The notes below the pieces were generated by a model. The model saw only the letters and a list, made by a program, of their open reading frames with translations, ran no database searches and had not been told where the DNA came from. Below are positions 21,585 through 31,384 of a stretch of 64,000 nucleotides of DNA, piece after piece; the first letter of the stretch is position 1, and each line of letters begins with the position of its first letter. The DNA comes from an uncultured Actinomycetota bacterium (GTDB lineage: Bacteria; Actinomycetota; Actinomycetes; JAFAQI01): NCBI GenBank assembly GCA_963770565.1, contig CAVYQE010000001.1, positions 576,001 to 640,000 of the forward strand, written 5' to 3'. A program made the translations under genes and the position numbers.

Positions 21585-22032
21585 TCATGCTCGGTAGTGC
21601 TTTCGAGCTTTACGTTGCGCCTTCTTGTGTTTCGCGCTCGGTTGCAGCGCACCGATCTGCTGCACACGGTTGCCGCTCCTTGGGCAGACCCAGCAGGCGT
21701 TACCGTCAATGACATCGGCCTTGAGCGGGTGGGTTCGAGGATGCTCGGGGCATTCCGGCCACACGGCGGGCAAGCCAATTCCTGGCAGACCCTCGACGAC
21801 CCGTTCCTCAAGCTGGTCCGCCAGACTAGCGATCTGCTTCTCTGGGTCCTCGCCAGCGAGGACCCAGATACCGCACCCGTTTCCACCGGGCCACCACGAT
21901 CGCGGCAACCTGGCTGTCATTCCCTGCCGAATCCTCCGCCTCGATTCGCGGAACCAAGGCGCTGGTCAATGACAGGTCCCGCATCACCGGGATCAGCGCT
22001 TCGGCCAGTTCCGCCGGCACGGCCTCGGTCAC
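21585..22032 (-). pseudogene. Hypothetical Cys/His (putative metal-binding) protein split by a 1-nt frameshift near 21895
   Basis: ORF 21826-22032 (MTEAVPAELAEAL...VAAI) joins ORF 21585-21920 (WPGGNG...LADQLEE...WPECPEHPRTHPL...WVCP) if one base is removed. Confidence 0.55.
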
Positions 22033-22129
22033 CGGCGCATCCTCACACGAGCCTCACCAGCGTGCGAGTACGAGCGGCACCTCGCGTGCGGGCGCCGCCT
22101 TGCGGCTCTTGAGGAGCAGACTGGCTGTC

Positions 22130-22303
22130 ATGCCCCCGCCTTACACGTCCGACGACTTCGCCCAGCACCTCGATCGAGCGCGAGAAGCCCTGGCTGAGGC
22201 TGCCGCAGCGTCAGATCATGAGAGCTCCCTCCTCGTCGCCGAGGCGCAAGCGCACGCAACCGTCGCGCAGACGATCGCGATCTGGCTGCAGCACAGCAAC
22301 TAG
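22130..22303 (+). CDS. Small hypothetical helical protein (57 aa)
   Basis: Ala-rich ORF with GAGGAG upstream; no recognisable family. Confidence 0.5.
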   Translation: MPPPYTSDDFAQHLDRAREALAEAAAASDHESSLLVAEAQAHATVAQTIAIWLQHSN

Positions 22304-22428
22304 GGGACCGACCCCGCTCGTCCGAGAACGAAGCCTCTGCAGCCTTCAAGCGCTGCCGTCCATCGCCTCTTGGGCAAGCGGTTGGGCGCAATGATCTTGG
22401 GTTCGGGCGAGGTTTCGTAGCGCCTGGC

Positions 22429-22941
22429 TCACTTAGCCTTCAGTTCGCCGCTTGCCTTACAGACGGTCAATGCGTCGCGGGCGGCTGGCCAAGGGTTGCT
22501 GTCCGTACGCAGACGCACCCCGTAATACTCCGCAACTCCATCGGTAGCGGATCCGTCGAACAGTGCGCCCCCCGCCCGTCTCACCAGGCCCATCACGGTG
22601 CCGGCTGAGGAGTGGTCGTGTATGCGGGCGGTACTCGCCTGCCGTAGCAGGAGACACCCCGTCTCGACACTCATACCTTGGACGCCAGTCGCCTCAAATC
22701 TTTGGTGTGCAACGTCACTCGTCACCGGCCCGGTCCCCGCTGAAGGCGCCAGACTGAGGTGAGTCACCGACTGCTGCACCGCAGGATGGGCGCCACAGCC
22801 TGCGAGCACGACTACGGTTCCGAGGAGCAGGACGCATCCAGCGGCTCTAGGCTGAGCAGCGCCCCACCGCCCACGACTCCTTCGAGCACCTCGCGCTGTC
22901 ATGGGGACAATATCGGCGCGCCACCACCCAGTCTGAGCCAT
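22429..22941 (-). CDS. Putative lipoprotein
   Basis: Hydrophobic stretch ending in the lipobox VLAGC; atypical codon usage; start uncertain. Confidence 0.45.
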   Translation of the reverse strand: MAQTGWWRADIVPMTARGARRSRGRWGAAQPRAAGCVLLLGTVVVLAGCGAHPAVQQSVTHLSLAPSAGTGPVTSDVAHQRFEATGVQGMSVETGCLLLRQASTARIHDHSSAGTVMGLVRRAGGALFDGSATDGVAEYYGVRLRTDSNPWPAARDALTVCKASGELKAK

Positions 22942-23280
22942 CGACCAGGGGCAATCCTGTGACGCTCAGCCGACCAGTTCGCCGAAGGGCAAACCTGCTC
23001 CTACCTGGCGCTTGCAAGCGGCACGTACGCACGCTTCCAGATCTTCGTGTTCGCGACCACTTCTACGGCGTAGCGAAAACCGGTAACGAAGGCGAAGATC
23101 AGCGGCGGACTCTAACGGCTCTGCGCGGTTCGTGAACTGTACGGAGTAGGCGTACTGGTAGCGGTTCGCAAACTGTTGGCGTACGCCGGCTACGCGCGGT
23201 TCACCCGCGCCCGCACCGAGAGGGCATCTCCTGTGGTCGGCCATGGCCCCACCGGTCGGCCATCCATGTACGCGGTCGGG

Positions 23281-24015
23281 TCAGGCCGGGTCGGCGGGGT
23301 GGACCGCGACCCGCGACTTCAGGGCCTGCTCGCACAGCTCGACCAGGACGTCGTACGCCGGCTGACCGATCAGCGCGATCAGCTCGGCCTGGTAGCCGAG
23401 ATAGAGCGGCTCGGCCGCGACGTGCGCCTCGGTGGCGCCGGTGCACCACCAGTCGAGGTCGTGGCCTCCGGCACCCCACCCGCGCCGGTCGTACTCGCCG
23501 ATGATCGTGATCAGCACCTCGGTGCCGTCGGGTCGGGTGACCCGCTCGTAGCTGCGCCGGACCGGCAGCTGCCAGCAGACGTCGGGCTTGGTCTCGAGCG
23601 GGTGCCGGCCGGTGTTGAGGGCATGCAGGTGCAACGCACACCCCGCACCGGCTGAGAAGCCGGGCCGGTTCAAGAAGATGCACGCGCCGTTGTGCCGGCG
23701 GGTGCGCCGGTTGCCGTCCTCCACCTCGCTGATGCCGAGCTTCTGGCCCTGCTTGCGGTACTGCCACTCGTCGGCGGTGAGCTCTTTCGCGAACCGCCGG
23801 ACCCGCTTCTCATCCGCTTTGTCGGAGTAGTAGGCGCCGTGCGAGCAGCAGCCGTCGTCGGGTCGCTTGGCCAGGATTCCCTTGCAGCCGCTGCCATAGA
23901 TGCAGGTCCAGCGCGACAGCAACCAGGTCAGATCGCAGCGCAGAAGCTGCTCGCTGTCGATCGGATCCACGAACTCGATCCACTGTCGGGGGAAGTTCAG
24001 GTCGACCTCGGGCAC
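23281..24015 (-). CDS. Conserved Cys-rich protein (putative Fe-S/Zn cluster, DUF3109/YkgJ-like)
   Basis: [40 protein letters not shown]. Confidence 0.85.
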   Translation of the reverse strand: MPEVDLNFPRQWIEFVDPIDSEQLLRCDLTWLLSRWTCIYGSGCKGILAKRPDDGCCSHGAYYSDKADEKRVRRFAKELTADEWQYRKQGQKLGISEVEDGNRRTRRHNGACIFLNRPGFSAGAGCALHLHALNTGRHPLETKPDVCWQLPVRRSYERVTRPDGTEVLITIIGEYDRRGWGAGGHDLDWWCTGATEAHVAAEPLYLGYQAELIALIGQPAYDVLVELCEQALKSRVAVHPADPA

Positions 24016-24049
24016 CCGCCAACTGTAGTGACCTGCATACCCTCGGGCG

Positions 24050-24862
24050 GTGGCAGTCGTGCAGGTCCCCGACGCGAAGGTCGTGCTCTCGACCGCATCG
24101 GTCTATCCCGAGACGACCGCGACGGCCTTCGAGCTCGCCGCCCGGCTCGGTTACGACGGCATCGAAGTCATGGTGTGGACCGACCCGATCAGCCAGGACA
24201 TCGAGGCGCTGCGCCGGCTGTCGGACTACCACGGCATCGCCATACATGCGATCCATGCGCCGTGCCTCATCGTGACCCAGCGGGTGTGGGGAACTGAGCC
24301 CTGGGCGAAGCTGGTCCGCGCCCGCGAGGCCGCCGAGACCCTCGGTGCGTCGACCGTCGTCGTCCACCCGCCGTTCCGTTGGCAGCGCGAATACGCCCGC
24401 GACTTCATCACCGGCATCGAGCGGATGGCGGGGGAGACCGATGTCCGTTTCGCGGTCGAGAACATGTTCCCGCTGCGGGCGCGCGGCCGCTCGGTCGTGC
24501 CGTACTCGCCCGACTACGACCCGAGCGAGACCGAGTTCCGGCACTTCACCCTCGACCTCTCGCACACCTCCGTGGCGCAGAACGACGCCCTCGCGATGGC
24601 CGAGCGGATGGGTGACCGACTCGCCCACGTCCACATCGCCGACGGGATTGGTACGGCGCGCGACGAGCACCTCGTTCCCGGCCGGGGCGACCAGCCGTGT
24701 GCGCAACTGCTCGAGAGCCTCGCCGCACGTGGTTTCGAGGGTCACGTCGTCGTCGAGATCAATACCCGCCGGGCCGACAGCCGGGCCGAGCGCGAGGCCG
24801 ACCTGGCCGAGGCGCTCGCCTATACCCGGTTGCACCTGGCTGCCCCGGCCGCCCGGACATGA
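24050..24862 (+). CDS. Sugar phosphate isomerase/epimerase (AP endonuclease 2 TIM barrel)
   Basis: [39 protein letters not shown]. Confidence 0.9.
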   Translation: MAVVQVPDAKVVLSTASVYPETTATAFELAARLGYDGIEVMVWTDPISQDIEALRRLSDYHGIAIHAIHAPCLIVTQRVWGTEPWAKLVRAREAAETLGASTVVVHPPFRWQREYARDFITGIERMAGETDVRFAVENMFPLRARGRSVVPYSPDYDPSETEFRHFTLDLSHTSVAQNDALAMAERMGDRLAHVHIADGIGTARDEHLVPGRGDQPCAQLLESLAARGFEGHVVVEINTRRADSRAEREADLAEALAYTRLHLAAPAART

Positions 24863-25623
24863 GTGACGTCGACGACTTCGGCCGGCGATTCGGCCGGGTC
24901 GCCGATCTCTACGACGAGGCGCGGCCGAGTTATCCGGACGAGTTGTTCGACGCGCTCGACGACGCGATCGGCGGCATCGCCGGCACGGCGATCGTCGATC
25001 TCGCGGCCGGAACCGGCGTGCAGACCCGTGCGCTCGAAGCGCGCGGAGCGAGGATCGTCGCTGTCGACGCCGACCTCACGATGCTCCAGCGGCTTCGGTC
25101 ACGAAGCCCCGACGTGCCGGTCGTGGTCGGCCGGTCCGAGTGGCTGCCGTTGCGCGATGCCGTCGCCGACGTCGTGACGTGTGCGACCGCCTGGCACTGG
25201 CTACCGACAGACCGGACGGTCGCCGAAGTCGCGCGGGTGTTGCGACCAGATGGACACCTTGCGCTGTGGTGGGCGGTGAACCTGTGGGGTGACGGCATCG
25301 ACTGGGAGGAGGCGCAGAGCGCAGTCTTCGACCGTTGGGATCGGTTGTGTGGCCCTGGCCCCGACCGGCCCGGCGCCCGTCCGAGCGATGCCGCCGACGA
25401 CCTGCGCGCCCGCGGCATCGAGGTCGTCGTCCGCCATGAGTTCACCTGGACCCGGCCGGTCACCCGCGCGGAGCACCTGCGCACCATCGCGACCTACTCT
25501 TCGCAGCTGGCCCGGCCCGAGGACCAGCGCCGCGCGCTGCTCGCCGAGATCGATGCGGTGCTCGCGCCCTGGCCGGTCATCGCCCAGCGCTTCTGGGGCC
25601 CGCTCATCGTCGCTCGGTTCTGA
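24859..25623 (+). CDS. Class I SAM-dependent methyltransferase
   Basis: [30 protein letters not shown]; ATGA overlap with the upstream gene. Confidence 0.9.
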   Translation: MSDVDDFGRRFGRVADLYDEARPSYPDELFDALDDAIGGIAGTAIVDLAAGTGVQTRALEARGARIVAVDADLTMLQRLRSRSPDVPVVVGRSEWLPLRDAVADVVTCATAWHWLPTDRTVAEVARVLRPDGHLALWWAVNLWGDGIDWEEAQSAVFDRWDRLCGPGPDRPGARPSDAADDLRARGIEVVVRHEFTWTRPVTRAEHLRTIATYSSQLARPEDQRRALLAEIDAVLAPWPVIAQRFWGPLIVARF

Positions 25624-25648
25624 GCGGCCGCGCCGTACGCTCTGGGCT

Positions 25649-26581
25649 GTGTTGCAGTCGGGAATGCGGGCGGTGCTGCTGACCGCGTCGCGACGCAAGA
25701 GCGTGCGGCGGGTCGTCGAGCACGCACCGATCTCCCGGCAGGTGGTTCGCCGGTTCGTCGCCGGCGCTTCGGTCGAGGACGCCGTCCGCGCCACCCGAGG
25801 GTTGGTCGACTCCGGCTTGTGTGTCTCGCTCGACCATCTCGGCGAGGACACCACCGAGATCGCGCAGGCGAAGGCGACGACCGAGGCATATCTGACGTTG
25901 CTCGAGCACCTGGTCGAGTCCGGGCTCGCGGCCAAGACCGAGGTTTCGGTCAAGCTCTCGGCGGTCGGGCAGGCGCTCGACCGGTCCCTGTCGGTCGACA
26001 ACGCGAGCCAGATCTGCGCCGCCGCGAAGGCCGCCGCTACGACGGTGACCGTCGACATGGAGGACCACACGACCACCGACTCCACCCTCGACATCGTGCG
26101 GGAGCTGCGGTCGGACTTCCCGTCGGTCGGCGCGGTGCTGCAGTCGTACCTGCACCGCACCGAAGCCGACTGCCAGGACCTTGCCGGCACCGGGTCCCGG
26201 GTCCGGCTCTGCAAGGGCGCCTACAACGAGCCGGAGTCGGTGGCGTATCAGCGGCGCGAGGACGTGGACGATTCGTACCTCCGCTGCCTGCGAATCCTGG
26301 TCGAGGGGTACGGCTACCCGATGATCGCCACCCACGACCCGGCGCTGGTGGAGGCTGCGGAGTCGCTGCTCGCCGAGGTCGGTCGCGCCGACGACACGTA
26401 TGAGTTCCAGATGCTCTACGGGATCCGGCCGGACGAGCAGCAGCGGCTCGCGCAAGCCGGCCGCACCGTCCGGGTGTACGTCCCCTACGGCGACGAGTGG
26501 TACGAGTACCTCATGCGGCGCCTGGCCGAGCGGCCGGCGAACGTGAAGTTCTTCCTCAGGGCGCTGGCCAGCCGCGACTGA
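25649..26581 (+). CDS. Monofunctional proline dehydrogenase
   Basis: RRFVAG, DHLGE, SVKLS, VDME, RLCKGAY, IATHD, EFQMLYG, RRLAERPAN. Confidence 0.95.
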   Translation: MLQSGMRAVLLTASRRKSVRRVVEHAPISRQVVRRFVAGASVEDAVRATRGLVDSGLCVSLDHLGEDTTEIAQAKATTEAYLTLLEHLVESGLAAKTEVSVKLSAVGQALDRSLSVDNASQICAAAKAAATTVTVDMEDHTTTDSTLDIVRELRSDFPSVGAVLQSYLHRTEADCQDLAGTGSRVRLCKGAYNEPESVAYQRREDVDDSYLRCLRILVEGYGYPMIATHDPALVEAAESLLAEVGRADDTYEFQMLYGIRPDEQQRLAQAGRTVRVYVPYGDEWYEYLMRRLAERPANVKFFLRALASRD

Positions 26582-26615
26582 GCGCCGCGCGACGCGGACG
26601 TGCGACGATCGATAC

Positions 26616-27425
26616 ATGGGTGAAACCGTTGCGGTGCTCGGCGCCGGCAAGATGGGCGAGGCCTTGCTGTCAGCGATGGTGAGATCGGGTCGACCGGCAT
26701 CGAGCCTGCTGTTCACCGAGCGGCATCCCGAGCGGGCCGCCGAGATCGGTGGCCGACTGGGCATCGAGTCGGTCAGCACGGTGGTCGCGGCGGAGCGGGC
26801 CGACACGCTGTTGGTGGCGGTCAAGCCGCAGGAGATCGGGCCGCTGCTTGATGACCTGTCCCCGGTGGTCACGCCGCGCAACCTGGTCATCTCGATCGCG
26901 GCCGGCATCCCGACCACGACGATTGAGAAGCGGCTGGCTGAAGGCACGCCGGTCGTGCGAGTCATGAGCAACACCCCGGTCTTCGTCGACGAGGCGATGA
27001 GCGCAATCTCCGCCGGCACCCACGCCGGTGAGGATCACCTGCAGCGCACCGAGGACCTGCTGCGCCCGGTCGGCAAGGTGATCAGGCTGCCCGAGTCGCA
27101 GCTCGACGCGGTGACGGCGCTGTCGGGCAGCGGTCCGGCGTACTTCTTCTTCCTGGTCGAGGCGATGATCGACGCCGGCATCCTGCTCGGCCTGCCGCGG
27201 GCGATCGCCGCCGAGCTCATCGTGCAGACCGCGTACGGATCTGCGGTGATGCTCCGCGACTCCGGCGAGCATCCGGTGCAGTTGCGCGAGGCGGTCACCA
27301 GCCCGGGCGGTACGACGATCGCGGCGATCCGGGAGCTGGAGAACCACGGGGTGCGTGCGGCCCTGCTTTCCGCGCTCGAGGCCGCGCGGGACCGCTCGCG
27401 AGAGCTAGCCGCGGGGGCGGGCTAG
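26616..27425 (+). CDS. proC: Pyrroline-5-carboxylate reductase
   Basis: GAGKMG, AVKP, SIAAG, RVMSN, SGSGPAY, VTSPGGTT. Confidence 0.97.
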   Translation: MGETVAVLGAGKMGEALLSAMVRSGRPASSLLFTERHPERAAEIGGRLGIESVSTVVAAERADTLLVAVKPQEIGPLLDDLSPVVTPRNLVISIAAGIPTTTIEKRLAEGTPVVRVMSNTPVFVDEAMSAISAGTHAGEDHLQRTEDLLRPVGKVIRLPESQLDAVTALSGSGPAYFFFLVEAMIDAGILLGLPRAIAAELIVQTAYGSAVMLRDSGEHPVQLREAVTSPGGTTIAAIRELENHGVRAALLSALEAARDRSRELAAGAG

Positions 27426-27427
27426 CG

Positions 27428-27588
27428 AGTGTCCCTTCAACCGACGTTCGCCCCGCTGCGCGTCGTTCAGGCGGCGACCGGCGGCGTTCTCGTCGGCCCC
27501 GATGGCGCTGCCATCGCGACCTCCTCGGCCTTGCCGCTCATCCACCTGAACGTCGCTCGCGACGGACAACGTCGGTTGAAGGGGCACT
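27428..27588. repeat. 161-bp imperfect palindrome (MITE/REPIN-like)
   Basis: 21-bp terminal arms AGTGTCCCTTCAACCGACGTT / AACGTCGGTTGAAGGGGCACT (1 mismatch), inner CGTTCAGG/CCTGAACG, central GATGGC-GCT-GCCATC. Confidence 0.8.
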
Positions 27589-27589
27589 A

Positions 27590-28672
27590 GTGGGTTGTTC
27601 CGTTGCCGCGCCCTGGGACCCCCGGCTGCTCGGCTACGACTTCGGACCGTCTCATCCGCTGGCGCCGGTCCGGGTCGAGCTCACGATGGCGCTAGCCACT
27701 GAACTCGGGGTCGTCGACCGGCTCGATGTGGCTGAGTTCGACGCCGCTCCCGATGAGATGTTGCGGCTGGTCCACACGGCCGGCTACATCGAGGCGGTCC
27801 GCCGGGCCGGGGACACGCTGCGGCCTGATCCGGCCCACGGGCTCGGCACGGCGGACGACCCGGTGTTCGAGGCGATGCACGAGGCGAGTGCGCTGGTGGC
27901 CGGCTCGACGCTCGCGGCGGCTCGGGCGGTCTTCGAGGGCTCGCACGAGCACGGCGTCAGCGTGTCCGGCGGACTGCATCACGCGATGCCCGACCGGGCC
28001 TCGGGCTTCTGCGTCTACAACGATCCGGCCATTGCGATCGCCTGGCTGCTGAGCCAGGGGGTCGAGCGGGTCGCGTACGTCGACATCGACGTGCATCACG
28101 GCGACGGAGTGCAGGCGATCTTCTGGGACGACCCGCGGGTGTTGACGATCAGCCTGCACGAGTCGGGACGAACACTGTTCCCCGGCACCGGGGACCCGTC
28201 CGAGGTCGGTGGCCCGAACGCGCGCGGTAGCGCGATCAACGTTGCCTTCCAGGCCGGCACCGGAGACGTCGCGTGGCACGCGGCGTTCGACGCGGTCGTG
28301 CCGGACGCCATTCGCGCGTTTGCCCCGACCTACCTGGTGTCACAGCACGGCTGCGACACGCACGCCCTCGACCCGCTCGCGAACCTGCTGCTGACCGTCG
28401 ACGGGCAGCGGTCGGCGCATCTGAAGCTCCACGACCTCGGCCACGAGGTCTGTGAGGGCCGCTGGCTTGCGGTCGGCGGTGGCGGGTATGAGCTGGTGCA
28501 GGTGGTGCCGCGGACCTGGACCCACCTGCTGGCGATCGCGAGCGGGGAACCGATCGACCCGCACACCGACACCCCGATGGCGTGGCGGGACTTCGTCAAA
28601 CGGCGGACCGGCGAGACCGCGCCAACCAGGATGACCGACCGTCCGCCGCCTACCGACCAGGAGGCATCGTGA
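27590..28672 (+). CDS. acuC: Acetoin utilization protein AcuC (histone deacetylase family)
   Basis: YDFGPSHPL, GGLHHA, GFCVYND, DIDVHHGDG, GGGGY. Confidence 0.92.
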   Translation: MGCSVAAPWDPRLLGYDFGPSHPLAPVRVELTMALATELGVVDRLDVAEFDAAPDEMLRLVHTAGYIEAVRRAGDTLRPDPAHGLGTADDPVFEAMHEASALVAGSTLAAARAVFEGSHEHGVSVSGGLHHAMPDRASGFCVYNDPAIAIAWLLSQGVERVAYVDIDVHHGDGVQAIFWDDPRVLTISLHESGRTLFPGTGDPSEVGGPNARGSAINVAFQAGTGDVAWHAAFDAVVPDAIRAFAPTYLVSQHGCDTHALDPLANLLLTVDGQRSAHLKLHDLGHEVCEGRWLAVGGGGYELVQVVPRTWTHLLAIASGEPIDPHTDTPMAWRDFVKRRTGETAPTRMTDRPPPTDQEAS

Positions 28673-29839
28673 GGGTGCCCGTACGCCGCGGGATGGTCTG
28701 CATGGTCGCGCTTGCGGCGACTGCTCTGTTGGCGGCCGCCTGCGGGTCGAGCCCGGGCCAGGCGAAGGGTGCCTCGGCCGCGCCCCGTGCGGGCGGCGCG
28801 TCACCGATCGAGTCCGGCGCGGTCGTGGCGGAGAGCTCGTCGGCGGCTGCGGCGAGGACCAAAGCCTCGGGTACGTCGTCGACGGTCGTGCGGATCTCGG
28901 CGGTCGGCGACACCATGCTCGGCGACACCCCCAACCTGCCACCCGACCCGCGCGACTACCTCGACTCGGTGCGACAACGCCCTGAAGGGGCGGGCGCAGA
29001 TCGTCTTCGGCAACCTCGAGGGGACGCTGACCGACGTGAGCAGCGGCAAGTGCGGCGGCCACAACGGCGGCGACTGCTTTGCCTTCCGCGACCCGCCGCA
29101 CTACGCGCGCTACCTCGCCGCCGACGGGTTCACCCTGCTCAACGACGCCAACAACCACTCGCACGACTTCGGCCAGGCCGGGCTCGACCAGACGATTCAC
29201 GCGATTCACAAGTTTGGGATGAAGCAGACCGGCCTGCCGGGCGAGATCACGGTGGTCAAGGCCGGACCGGTGAAGGTCGCGTTCGTCGCCTTTGCGCCGT
29301 ACCCCAACACCGCCGACCTGCTCGACCTGTCCGCGGCGTCCGCGCTGATCCACCAGGCCCGCAGCGAGGCCCGGATCGTCGTGGTCTACATGCATGCCGG
29401 CGCCGAGGGTTCCGACGCCGATCACGTGACCGGGCACGAGGAGTTCTACGTCGGAGAGGATCGGGGCAACCCGGAGAAGTTCGCGCACATGGCGATTCGC
29501 AGCGGCGCCAGCCTGGTGATCGCGAGTGGCCCGCACGTGGTGCGCGGGATGGAGTTCTACCACCACCACCTCATCGCCTACAGCCTGGGAAACTTCGCGA
29601 ACTTCCACAACTTCGGCGGCGGCGGGATCCTCTCCGAGTCGGCGATCCTGCACGTGTCACTGACCTCGACCGGCGTGTTCGCCTCGGCTCAGCTGATCCC
29701 GGTCGAGCTGGACGGCGCCGGTCATCCCACCCTCGGCGGTGGAACAGTCGGGCTGATCCGGCGGCTGTCGAAGGAGGACTTCGGCGCTGCCCGTGCGCAT
29801 TTCAGTACCAAGGGTGACATCTCGGCCCCGACCGGCTGA
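28669..29839 (+). pseudogene. CapA-family (poly-gamma-glutamate/metallophosphatase) lipoprotein with a frameshift near 28972
   Basis: RBS AGGAGG, lipobox LAAAC and AVGDTMLG in one frame; GNLEG, ANNHSHD, MHAGAE, GPHV, YSLGNF in the +1 frame. Confidence 0.8.
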
Positions 29840-29872
29840 AGGCGGCATTCGGGGCCGCAGGGCGAACCATGA

Positions 29873-29934
29873 TCACTCGATCGGGTGAAGTCTCACCCGC
29901 ATCAGTGACGCGATGCTGCCACAGCCGATACAGT
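29873..29934 (+). promoter_or_regulatory. Palindromic operator(s) and a sigma70-like promoter upstream of the xis-like HTH gene
   Basis: CGGGTGA-AGTC-TCACCCG (29882-29899) overlapping TCAC-N8-GTGA; GTGACG-N18-TACAGT. Confidence 0.45.
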
Positions 29935-30008
29935 CCTCACAACACGTATGCGGTGTGTGCGCCGGAGGGGAAGCCGGCGCGCCGTGCACGTGGGAGGGCG
30001 GTTGTTCC

Positions 30009-30272
30009 ATGGCTGCGGACCCTGGTGGTGCGGCAAGCGGTGCCGGCGGTGCCGCGACCGCGAATCCCGGTGGTCGCGAGGCGGAGCGGCTCGGTGAACT
30101 GCGGTTTTTGACCGTCGCCGAGGTCGCCAGCTTGATGCGCGTGTCGAAGATGACGGTCTACCGGCTGGTCAACGCCGCGACCCTGCCGGCCGTGCGGGTC
30201 GGGCGCTCGGTGCGGGTGCCTGAGCAGGCCGTGCACGACTACCTGCAGCACTCCTTCGTCGAAGCCGGCTGA
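30009..30272 (+). CDS. Excisionase-family HTH DNA-binding protein (BdtA/Rv0500A-like)
   Basis: FLTVAEVASLMRVSKMTVYRLV...AVRVGRS. Confidence 0.92.
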   Translation: MAADPGGAASGAGGAATANPGGREAERLGELRFLTVAEVASLMRVSKMTVYRLVNAATLPAVRVGRSVRVPEQAVHDYLQHSFVEAG

Positions 30273-30338
30273 CCCGGTCGCGAGCGGGCCGCTAACCTGT
30301 TGCCCAGGTTTCGCTGACAGCTGTCGGAAAGGCTCCTC

Positions 30339-30437
30339 GTGGGTTCGGTCATCAAGAAGCGTCGTAAGCGCATGGCGAAGAAGAAGCATCGCAAGCTGCT
30401 GAAGAAGACGCGCGTCCAGCGGCGTAACAAGAAGTAG
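30339..30437 (+). CDS. 30S ribosomal protein bS22 (AURKAIP1/COX24 family), 32 aa
   Basis: Translated by hand: [32 protein letters not shown]; GAAAGG RBS; not in the ORF track. Confidence 0.95.
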   Translation: MGSVIKKRRKRMAKKKHRKLLKKTRVQRRNKK

Positions 30438-30452
30438 CGGGAGGGCCGCTCG

Positions 30453-31313
30453 ATGGCTGAGTCGAAGCAACGGCGCTACGACTGGCTGACCTTCACCTCG
30501 GACTACGGCCTGGACGACGTCTTCGTCGGCGTCTGCAAGGGCGTGGTGGCCCAGATCGCCCCGCACGCGCGGGTGCTCGACGTCTCGCACCTGGTGACCG
30601 CGCAGGACGTCGCCCAGGGGGCGACCAGCCTCGCCGCGGCGATTCCCTACCTCCCGGTGGCCGTCAACCTCGCCCTCGTCGATCCGATGCACGGCGCCAC
30701 CGCGCGGGGCGTGGTGGTCGAGACCGGCGACGGGTCGCTGCTGGTGGGCCCCGACAACGGCATCCTGTCGCTCGCCTGGGACGCCCGAGGCGGGATCGTC
30801 CGCGTGGTCGAGATCTCCAACCCGGAGCTGTGCCGGGAGACGATCCACCGAACTTTCCGCGGCCGCGACATCTTCGCGCCGGTTGCCGCCCACCTCGCCA
30901 ACGGGCACGACCTCGCCGACGTGGGGCCCGCGATCGACCCGGACACCCTGGTTCGGCTCCCGGTGCGCGGCGTCATCGTCGACGACGACCACGTCCACGG
31001 CGAGGTCAGCCTGGTCGACCACTTCGGCAACGTCTCGCTGAACGTCTGCCGGGCCGACCTCGAGGCGGCTGGGATGACCTTCGGTGACACCGTCGAGGTG
31101 CGCTGCAACGGGCGCGCGCTGAACGTCCCGTTCACGGCGACGTACGGCGATGTCGCGCGCGGCCGGCTCACCCTCTGTGAGGACTCCTTCCGCGCGATCA
31201 TGCTCGCGGTCAACGCCGGGCACGCCAGTCGCGAGCTGCGGGTCTCCCGCGGTGAGCCGGTGGTGATCGCCCGGCTGCCGCAGCAATCCGCGCGGGCCGG
31301 CTCGCTCAACTGA
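30453..31313 (+). CDS. SAM hydrolase / halogenase family protein (DUF62)
   Basis: FTSDYG, VDP, VGPDNG, TFRGRDIFAPVAAHL, VDHFGN, TYGDV. Confidence 0.9.
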   Translation: MAESKQRRYDWLTFTSDYGLDDVFVGVCKGVVAQIAPHARVLDVSHLVTAQDVAQGATSLAAAIPYLPVAVNLALVDPMHGATARGVVVETGDGSLLVGPDNGILSLAWDARGGIVRVVEISNPELCRETIHRTFRGRDIFAPVAAHLANGHDLADVGPAIDPDTLVRLPVRGVIVDDDHVHGEVSLVDHFGNVSLNVCRADLEAAGMTFGDTVEVRCNGRALNVPFTATYGDVARGRLTLCEDSFRAIMLAVNAGHASRELRVSRGEPVVIARLPQQSARAGSLN

Positions 31314-31384
31314 GCTGCGCCCGGCGGCCGGTTGCGGCCGGCGGGACCGGGTGACGGGCTGAGGATCGGCATTACCATCGCGCT

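Noticed and set aside
22966-23244. 92-aa minus-strand ORF as a gene
   Set aside because: It has no recognisable motif or RBS and atypical codons; it is left as a possible remnant
30009-30272. Excisionase as evidence of a prophage or ICE
   Set aside because: It is a conserved chromosomal gene beside bS22; no integrase, att site or phage genes are present
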